DNA of 64,000 bases from Candidatus Lernaella stagnicola. GTDB lineage: Bacteria; Lernaellota; Lernaellaia; Lernaellales; Lernaellaceae. Positions within the stretch are counted from its first letter, which is position 1. Every line of letters starts with the position of its first letter. The stretch covers positions 177,286 through 241,285 of the forward strand of contig JAVCCK010000020.1 in the NCBI GenBank assembly GCA_030765525.1, read 5' to 3'. The notes under the pieces are model-generated. The model ran no database searches. It saw only the letters and a program-made list of their open reading frames with translations, and had not been told where the DNA came from. This document shows positions 57,277 through 64,000 of this stretch, piece after piece. Made by a program: the position numbers and the translations under genes.

Positions 57277-58154
57277 CGGCAGGCGGGTTCGTATCCGCCG
57301 CGGCAGGCCCGTTCGTAGAGTTGACGCGCCTCGTTCGGCCGATCGAATGCGATCGTATCGGCCAACAATAAGCACCCGCGCATATCACCCTGTTCACACG
57401 AGCGATAGAAGAAATTGGCTGCGACCTGTGGGAGTGCGTCGCGCAGCCGCAACCCGAGACGATTGCAGCCGCGGGTGTAGCCGGCCTCACAAGCCCGCTG
57501 ATACAGAACGTTGATCTTGCGATCGTCAGTGAGCGGACCGGCACCGGATTCATGAAGCATCGCCAGATTCGCGCAGGCGATCGGCTCGCCCCCTTCGCAC
57601 GCCTCCAGGTACAGACAAGCAGCGCGGTCGGGGTTTTTCGGAACGCCGTTGCCCAGAGCCAGGATCACGCCCGCGTTGCTGCAGGCGATCAGCAGGCCCA
57701 GGTGGCAGGCGCGTTCGTATAGAGGCAGCGCAATCTCCGGTTCGTTTCGGTGGTGGCTGAATTCCCGCGCCTCGGCGAAGAGACACGCGGCCGAGGCATG
57801 ACGTTTGTAGTAAGCGGACGCCTCTTCCCATTGACCTAAGATCTGCAGCGCATAAGCCTGGAGTCCGCAACAATCTTCGCAACCCTGTTCGCAATAACCT
57901 GCCAGCAACGGCGACCACCGCCGGGCCGCTTTTTCTTTTTTGTAAATCAGCTCGTGCACGGTTTCGTCGATCCATTGCGCGAGGCGTTTGGGGTCGGTCG
58001 GGTAGCCCACGTCGGCGGCGGCAAGAGTGGGTCCGGGAGGCGTTGGCTTGGCGCTCGCGCGGGGCGTGTGGTTGCCCGATACGTACCACCAGCCGAATGC
58101 GCCGGCGGCCACCACCACCAGCGCTAATAGAAGCAACCGTTTCATTGGTCGCAT
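57273..58154 (-). CDS. Sel1-like repeat protein of the cysteine-pair (Hcp) type, secreted
   Basis: Repeats of the form LY.RAC..G...AC.NLG with paired Cys; signal peptide from ATG 58154. Confidence 0.55.
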   Translation of the reverse strand: MRPMKRLLLLALVVVAAGAFGWWYVSGNHTPRASAKPTPPGPTLAAADVGYPTDPKRLAQWIDETVHELIYKKEKAARRWSPLLAGYCEQGCEDCCGLQAYALQILGQWEEASAYYKRHASAACLFAEAREFSHHRNEPEIALPLYERACHLGLLIACSNAGVILALGNGVPKNPDRAACLYLEACEGGEPIACANLAMLHESGAGPLTDDRKINVLYQRACEAGYTRGCNRLGLRLRDALPQVAANFFYRSCEQGDMRGCLLLADTIAFDRPNEARQLYERACRGGYEPACR

Positions 58155-58261
58155 CGTAGCAGCACAACTCCCTTCCCACAATTCGCTGCGGCATGCCGAT
58201 GTCTTTTGTGTTAGAAACGCAACAAATCCAGCGAACGAAACGCAGAAGGTTTCACAAAAGC

Positions 58262-59059
58262 ATGACCACGGAAAACACCGCCCTCGACGCAGCAAAAACG
58301 TGCGGCAAAGGCCCCTTCGGCCCGTGGGCGTCGGTGGGCCTGACCCTCGGCGCGATTTTCATCATGTTCAGCGTACAATCGCTGTTAGCGATCCCGGCCA
58401 TCATGGCGGGAGTCGGCGACACAGCTAGCGGCGAAAGCCTCTCGGCGGTCGATTTCACGACGGAGATGCTTAACTCGCCCCTCGGTTTGCTGACGACGGT
58501 CGTGGCGATGTTCTTTTCCATGGTGATACTCTTCGGCATTGTCGTGGCGCTGGTGCAATTGCGCGGTGGGCCGACGCTGCGGGATTACTTGGGCGCGGTG
58601 CGCGTGCGCGTTGGTGTGTACGCCCGGTGGCTCTTGATCCTGTTCGCTTACGGCTTGCTGATGCAGGTCGTTTGGACGGTCTTCGATTTGCCCTCGGAAG
58701 ACTTCGTCATGGATATTGTGCGCCACACCTGGGTTCTTCCCCTAATTATTCCGGTTGTCGTCATTGCGTCGCCGATCGCCGAGGAGTCATTGTTTCGCGG
58801 TTTCCTGTACGCCGCCTTTGATCGCACGCCCGCGCAGCGTTTGGCGGTGATCGTGGTGAGCGCGGCGGTGTGGTCCGGCCTGCACGCATTCCAATACCAG
58901 TGGTACACGGTGTTGGGCATGTTCGGGATGGGTGTTGTCTTCGGTTTCGCCCGTTGGCTGAGCGGTTCGCTTTACGTGGCGATCGCGCTGCACGCCTTCT
59001 GGAACCTGGCTTCGACGATCATTGCATTGCTTATCGTGGCCGGTCTCTTGGATATGTGA
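58262..59059 (+). CDS. CPBP-family (CAAX protease/Abi) intramembrane metalloprotease
   Basis: IAEESLFRGFLYAAF and HAFWNL motifs; multi-TM. Confidence 0.7.
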   Translation: MTTENTALDAAKTCGKGPFGPWASVGLTLGAIFIMFSVQSLLAIPAIMAGVGDTASGESLSAVDFTTEMLNSPLGLLTTVVAMFFSMVILFGIVVALVQLRGGPTLRDYLGAVRVRVGVYARWLLILFAYGLLMQVVWTVFDLPSEDFVMDIVRHTWVLPLIIPVVVIASPIAEESLFRGFLYAAFDRTPAQRLAVIVVSAAVWSGLHAFQYQWYTVLGMFGMGVVFGFARWLSGSLYVAIALHAFWNLASTIIALLIVAGLLDM

Positions 59060-59073
59060 AAGGGAAGGGTGCC

Positions 59074-59790
59074 ATGTCGGACACCTCGCCGCCGGTCGAA
59101 AAGAGAGGAACCGGGCGACTTTTTCTGCGCGCCGCGTTGTGGTCCGGTTTCGCCTTCGGCGCTTGGTTCCTGGGACTCGTTGCCGTACCTGGGCTCGCGG
59201 ATATTTCCGCAGCGACCGACTTCACCGACGTCATCACCTGGGAAGCCTCTCCTTTATTGGCCTTCGTTTTGGGCATGCTTGCCGTTTGCTGGGCGGCGCG
59301 GCGATGGCGGCGGGGCGGCGTCGTCGAAGTGTTGGGCGTCGTGGCCGTCAAGTGGAAGGTGGTTGTCGGCCTTTGCATCGTGACCGTGGTTGCCGTTCTA
59401 TTGCACGACGTGCTGCGCTACGCCCTCGGTTTGCCGTTGCTGCCTCCGGAATACACGCGTCTTATTCAAGCCTCGAACCACCCCATCGTGTTGTCGCTGG
59501 GTTTCCTGATCGCGGCGCCGATCTTCGAGGAAGTGTACTTTCGCGGCTTTTTCATCACGGCCTTCGGCGGCACCTGCCTGCGTCCGTGGGGCGCGGCGGT
59601 TGTCGCGGCCGCAATCTGGGCGTTTGCCCACACCCAGTACGACTTGACCTACATGCCGATCATTTTCTTAGCCGGCCTTGCCTTCGCGGGAGTGCGTTTG
59701 CTCACCGGCAGCATCGTGCCGGCTGTCGTGGCCCATGCCCTCATCAACCTGATGTCATACGTACACGTGATGTTTTTTCTGGAGCGGTGA
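59074..59790 (+). CDS. CPBP-family intramembrane metalloprotease, tandem paralog
   Basis: IFEEVYFRGFFITAF and HALINL motifs; AAGGGAAGGG RBS before ATG 59074. Confidence 0.7.
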   Translation: MSDTSPPVEKRGTGRLFLRAALWSGFAFGAWFLGLVAVPGLADISAATDFTDVITWEASPLLAFVLGMLAVCWAARRWRRGGVVEVLGVVAVKWKVVVGLCIVTVVAVLLHDVLRYALGLPLLPPEYTRLIQASNHPIVLSLGFLIAAPIFEEVYFRGFFITAFGGTCLRPWGAAVVAAAIWAFAHTQYDLTYMPIIFLAGLAFAGVRLLTGSIVPAVVAHALINLMSYVHVMFFLER

Positions 59791-59795
59791 AGCGC

Positions 59796-60488
59796 CTAGA
59801 ATCTCAACAGGCGATTCAGGTTCTTGTGCAGCCATGTTTGGCAACGCTCGAAGCCGGGATGCGCCGCCTCCGCGTCTTTGAACGCCTTGCTGTGGATGAT
59901 GCGCCGATTCCCGCCGTCGCGGGGCCGAAACAGCCAGTGCAGCATTTCGTGATACACCAGATGTTCGATCACGTATTGGGGGACCCAAGGAGCATCCAGC
60001 GTTCGGTGAACGCGGATGATATTGGTTTGGGGATCATACGATCCAAGCTGAATACCGCGGCGATTGCGGCGGCGCGGCGCCTGTCGCCCCCACGTGATTT
60101 TCGCGTCACATTGGCGCTTGAAGTGCTTCTCGTTGACCCGCGTGAAAACCGCCAACAGGTCATGATGCTCGCCCTCGGTATCGAAATGCATGACTCGCGT
60201 GTGATAGGCCTCGGGCTCGTCCACGATCTCTTGATTGGCGCGGATAAACTTATCGAGCGTGGCGCGATTGCTTTTGGCCGGCCGTTTGCAAAACGAGGCG
60301 ACCGTGCGCCAGATGCGCCGCCCGCCGTCGAGAAACATGACGTGCAGGCGCAAGGCCAGCCGGCCGTTGTCCCAGCGATAGCTGATCATCGTTCGACGAT
60401 TCGTCGTGACGGTGATGTCGACCGGAACGCCCAGTTCCCGAACCAGGTGTTCGCGCAACGCTTCGATACTCGCGGTCCGTTTCGGCAT
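59796..60488 (-). CDS. YgjP-like (DUF45) metal-dependent hydrolase / M48-family-like metallopeptidase
   Basis: C-terminal HExxH (VYHEMLHWL) in a ~230-aa protein; start at ATG 60488. Confidence 0.6.
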   Translation of the reverse strand: MPKRTASIEALREHLVRELGVPVDITVTTNRRTMISYRWDNGRLALRLHVMFLDGGRRIWRTVASFCKRPAKSNRATLDKFIRANQEIVDEPEAYHTRVMHFDTEGEHHDLLAVFTRVNEKHFKRQCDAKITWGRQAPRRRNRRGIQLGSYDPQTNIIRVHRTLDAPWVPQYVIEHLVYHEMLHWLFRPRDGGNRRIIHSKAFKDAEAAHPGFERCQTWLHKNLNRLLRF

Positions 60489-60618
60489 GGGCGTTAGGCT
60501 GCCAGAAGCCAACGCGCCGGACAAGCGGCCGGGTGACGCGATTGCGCCCGGTCGGAACACGGGATTACGTTATGGAAAAGCCACGTTGAGAGGGTTTCGG
60601 TAAATCGCGCGATGAGTT

Positions 60619-61515
60619 TTATTCGGTACCCTTCAGAGCCAGGCGCTGATTAACCCGCTTCGTGTAGAAGCCTTCCTCGTTGGGTTCGCCCAGTGCCATC
60701 GCCACGACGCCCAGGGCATCCTCGAACTCTTCGGAAGGTTTGAACTTCACCGTTAGGTTGGCGCGGCTGGAGGTCGGCTGGCTCTGATTAATGCGAAGAC
60801 TACCATCCAGCAAAAGTTCGATATGGTTGCCCTTGAGGTTGAATTCATTGACTTGAAGAGTCTGGTTTTTCAACGTCAGGCTCGCCCGGCTGGGTTCGAA
60901 GGTGAGGTCGGGGAACTTCTTGCCGACCAAATCAATATTCATGACGCGCAAGCGGTCGAAATTCAAACTTACCGTGCCGCTGTTATTGCGGCGTTGCTTC
61001 GGATGAAGACTCGCCGCCACGGCGCCGCCGATCACGCCGGCTAGGTCGAAACTGCCGAATTTGCGGGCTACTTCTTTCGTGCCGTACTTGCTCAAATTCA
61101 GGTCGACAAAATCCATCGCAACGTCGTGTATACCGCGATGGAAGCAATACGAACCGGCCACGCCGCCGTCATAGGCATATATGTCGAAATCGACCCACAG
61201 ACGTCCAAGCAGCAATTGCGTTGGGCGCAACCGCACCCGGATTTCATCCATCGTGAGAAAAACCTTGCGGCGATCTTCAGCGTCGCGCACTTGCAGACCT
61301 TTGATCGACACGCCCGTGAGCCGGAAGGGGCTCATTTCCTCGATCTCAACCCGAAAATTCCCTTGGCTCTCGATTTTTTGTACTGCGTAGGAGGTAATCG
61401 CGTCGAAGGGAAAGGTTAGATACAGGAAGATCATGAACAGGGCGATAAATAGCCCCGCGAAGCCCCAGAAGGTCTTGGACTTTAGTGCTGCAAGCCAAGC
61501 GAAATGTTTGCGCAT
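60619..61515 (-). CDS. Hypothetical membrane-anchored protein (possibly GspN/AsmA-like)
   Basis: Single N-terminal TM (FWGFAGLFIALFMIFLYL) then a beta-rich soluble region; function not recognised. Confidence 0.4.
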   Translation of the reverse strand: MRKHFAWLAALKSKTFWGFAGLFIALFMIFLYLTFPFDAITSYAVQKIESQGNFRVEIEEMSPFRLTGVSIKGLQVRDAEDRRKVFLTMDEIRVRLRPTQLLLGRLWVDFDIYAYDGGVAGSYCFHRGIHDVAMDFVDLNLSKYGTKEVARKFGSFDLAGVIGGAVAASLHPKQRRNNSGTVSLNFDRLRVMNIDLVGKKFPDLTFEPSRASLTLKNQTLQVNEFNLKGNHIELLLDGSLRINQSQPTSSRANLTVKFKPSEEFEDALGVVAMALGEPNEEGFYTKRVNQRLALKGTE

Positions 61516-61629
61516 TGCCTCTCCCACGAGTTCGGCGCATTCTATCATGTTCAGCAAGAGGCCGCAAGTTGAACGAACGCAACCACCTTTGAAATCGGAC
61601 ACCCAATGAGGCTGATAAGTTAACTACGC

Positions 61630-63975
61630 TTAAGGGCCGGTGCCCAAGGTCTCGGGGAACGAACTGTAGGTTACCGCGTAATCGTTGGGAAAGATCACGT
61701 GCATCATCCCGCTTGCATCCCGCACGATGTCGACCGAGCCGCCGTCTTCAAAATAATACCAGTGCGTCACGTTGGCCGCGGTCCACGCTCCGGTAAGGTT
61801 GGTGGCAAAAACCGGGTCGTACATCGATTCCTCGAAACCGAGGCTACCGAACAAGAAAAGGCGGCCCGCGGCATTGGAGGTCATCGCCAGCCGCGTTCCG
61901 GGCGTAATCTCGTCTTCCCAGATCTTATTGCGGACCCACGAACCCGTGACGTTGGTCTCATACACAAAGCAATGGCAGTTTTCGGTGTAGACGACGTGAC
62001 CCGCGCCGGCGGCGTCGACGGCAACGTAGACCCGGCCCGAAGCATATGACGCAGTTCCGAAAAGCTCCACTGCCCATGATGCTTCGCCTCGCTCGGCGCA
62101 GTGAAAGGCGGATTCAACATCGGCTTCTGCGATGAAAGCGATGTACACCTTCTCCGGTTGCCGCACATCGATAACTAGGTCGTAAATGTTCCAGTCGGTT
62201 TCGTAGGCCGTTTCGAAGGTCCATTCGCCGTCGATTCTAGTTCCATGAACAATTTGGTCGTTGTCGTCGGCGCAGACGAACGCAAGGTGGGGATCACCGT
62301 TGTCGTCCAACTTCATATGCGGGCGACCCCGCGTGGCCTCGCAAGGCTGCGGAACCGTTTCGCTTACCCACCCGGAGCCGGTGTCCACGGCGTAGCGTAA
62401 TTCACCGCCCAAGGCATATTCTAGATAAAGCAGATGCAGGTTGCCGCTCGGGTCGTACTCGATGGCGTAAGGTCGGGCTTCCTCCCCCAGATACTCCCGG
62501 CTCCACGCGCCGCCGTCGCGATAGGCGATGTATCCGCCCACGTCGAACTGGGCGCTATTCATCGCCACGGCGATCTCGCCGGCGGGCGAAACGGCCAAAT
62601 AGGACAACGCGATCCGCGGCCGGCGCTTTAGCATCAGTTGTTGCCATTGATCGCCGTCTTTTTCCATCACTTCCAAATACCGCGGTTCACCGCGCAGCGA
62701 ACTGAAATCGAAAACCCCGGCCACTTGGATTTTCCCGTCCGCCGTCAACTCGATATCGCTGCCGTAACCGTCGTCGATGCCCTCATGCAAATGCACACGC
62801 TGCCACCCATTGGAACGGGTGGCATAGGCTAAGTTTCCGAAATAACTGTAGTAAAACACGATGTGCGGAACGCCGCCGGCGTCCACGACGATGCTTAGCC
62901 GGTTTGTCGTGTAGAGAGAGTCATGGATGAGTTCGTGCTCCCACGTGCCCGAGGCGTTGGTCGAGTAGTAGCCGTTGCCGAATTTTCCGTAGGAGTGGAA
63001 ATGCGCCAGGTGGACCGATCCATCCGGTCCCAGCGCCAACGCGCAGTTGGCATCTTCATATTCGCCGGTATCCCAAACAACGTCGACCGACCACGTGCCC
63101 GACATCCGCGTCGCCAGACGGACCTCGCAATCGCGGTTTTGGGCGGCCACGTAGGACACGTGCACGGTATCGTCCGAGGCAATGGCGATACGGTGGCTGG
63201 CGATGTATTGCAGCGCGAAATCCAGTTGCTCGCTTACCCAAGACCCGGTCTCGTTGCTTAAGTGAAATAACCTGTCCGGATTGGTCAGCGAATATGCGAT
63301 ATGAGCGTGGCCCGCGCTGTCGACGGCCAACTGCGACAGGTCGTAGTGGTTCGTCATGGCCGACAGGGTTTCGAAACTCCAGTCACCGCCGTTCTTGGTG
63401 CCATACCGGTACACCTGATTTTGGTAGTCGAAGAGCAACAGGTGCAAAACGCCGGCGCCGTCCCGCGCCAGTTGAGGCCAGCGGGCCTGGCGATAGACGA
63501 TCTCCTCGGTGACGGTATCGCCGGAAATCGTGTGGAGGAAAACATCTTCGCCGTAGGTCACGGCGACCAATGAATCGCCCGAGGGCAGGGGAATCAGCGT
63601 GAGCGCCTCGGCGTGGTCGAATTCGCCACCCCAAACACGCTCCTCCAGCGTCTCAACGGTGTCGTTGTCGTCGTTATTGTCGTCATTGTCGTCATTATCG
63701 TCATTGTTGTCGTCATTGTTATTGTCGTCATCGTCATTGTTATCGTCGTTGTCGTCATTGTTATCGTCGTCATTGTCATTGTTATCGTCATCATCATCGT
63801 CATCATCATCGTCATCGTCATCGTCGGTAGGCGCCGGGCTCCCGTCGTCGTCGGTGCTCGTATCGTCGTCGTCCGCGGGCGACACGTCGTTGTCGTCATC
63901 GTCGTCGTCGGGCGGGCAGGCCGTCACGGCGACAAGTACGAAGCATAGAAAAAGAACTAAAAACAACGAGCGCAT
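61630..63975 (-). CDS. Large lipoprotein with long poly-Asp/Asn linker and about 11 beta-propeller-like repeats
   Basis: ATG 63975 with GGGAGA RBS; lipobox (VAVTACPP); ~85-residue D/N tract; repeated ~55-aa units G[ST]W..E.[LIV] ... [LIV]A[LIV]D..G..H[LIV].[YF]. Confidence 0.6.
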   Translation of the reverse strand: MRSLFLVLFLCFVLVAVTACPPDDDDDDNDVSPADDDDTSTDDDGSPAPTDDDDDDDDDDDDDDNNDNDDDNNDDNDDNNDDDDNNNDDNNDDNDDNDDNNDDNDTVETLEERVWGGEFDHAEALTLIPLPSGDSLVAVTYGEDVFLHTISGDTVTEEIVYRQARWPQLARDGAGVLHLLLFDYQNQVYRYGTKNGGDWSFETLSAMTNHYDLSQLAVDSAGHAHIAYSLTNPDRLFHLSNETGSWVSEQLDFALQYIASHRIAIASDDTVHVSYVAAQNRDCEVRLATRMSGTWSVDVVWDTGEYEDANCALALGPDGSVHLAHFHSYGKFGNGYYSTNASGTWEHELIHDSLYTTNRLSIVVDAGGVPHIVFYYSYFGNLAYATRSNGWQRVHLHEGIDDGYGSDIELTADGKIQVAGVFDFSSLRGEPRYLEVMEKDGDQWQQLMLKRRPRIALSYLAVSPAGEIAVAMNSAQFDVGGYIAYRDGGAWSREYLGEEARPYAIEYDPSGNLHLLYLEYALGGELRYAVDTGSGWVSETVPQPCEATRGRPHMKLDDNGDPHLAFVCADDNDQIVHGTRIDGEWTFETAYETDWNIYDLVIDVRQPEKVYIAFIAEADVESAFHCAERGEASWAVELFGTASYASGRVYVAVDAAGAGHVVYTENCHCFVYETNVTGSWVRNKIWEDEITPGTRLAMTSNAAGRLFLFGSLGFEESMYDPVFATNLTGAWTAANVTHWYYFEDGGSVDIVRDASGMMHVIFPNDYAVTYSSFPETLGTGP
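63658..63915 (-). repeat. Long imperfect trinucleotide tract (~260 nt) encoding poly-Asp/Asn
   Basis: gtcgtc/gttgtc/attgtc runs on the plus strand; longest such tract in the window. Confidence 0.8.
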
Positions 63976-64000
63976 TTTAGTTTCTCCCACAGTTGGGCGG

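Noticed and set aside
63613-63948. Poly-Ile/Val ORF (and the poly-Ser ORF at 17738..17923)
   Set aside because: These are alternative-frame or antisense readings of the GAY/AAY trinucleotide tracts that encode the poly-Asp/Asn linkers.

Overview
High-GC (~63-65% by eye) bacterial chromosomal segment, gene-dense, with about 60 protein-coding genes and no rRNA, tRNA or CRISPR array that I could detect. All calls are by eye from the translated ORFs; no searches were run. Content in order: (1) a glycan/EPS assembly cluster at the 5' end (flippase, O-antigen-ligase-like protein, FemAB-like acyltransferase, DegT-type aminotransferase, CE4 deacetylase); (2) M20 peptidase, a B12-binding radical SAM protein, two single-domain response regulators; (3) a dtxR/feoA-feoB iron uptake operon followed by dtd, metG and a CotH/lamin-tail lipoprotein; (4) gltX, a TauE exporter, a DAG-kinase-like lipid kinase; (5) a gcvH-gcvPA-gcvPB operon without gcvT; (6) two divergent acyl-CoA dehydrogenase paralogs, two tandem small Cys/His proteins, two tandem sulfatase-like genes; (7) a 1071-aa serine hydroxymethyltransferase-GcvT fusion, which is the most unusual gene in the window; (8) a lower-GC islet with a higB/higA-like toxin-antitoxin pair; (9) panB, a split purH, and several large secreted lipoproteins; (10) PilZ, EEP, Hcp-type Sel1 and tandem CPBP proteins. 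A recurring signature is a lipoprotein signal peptide whose lipobox Cys is followed by a poly-Asp/Asn linker (seven genes, one of them interrupted by an in-frame stop). The lineage is unknown; Myxococcota-like is only an inference from the cysteine-rich repeat and GC content. ORF-track coordinates include the stop codon; several starts were moved to internal ATG/GTG codons with a visible RBS or signal peptide.
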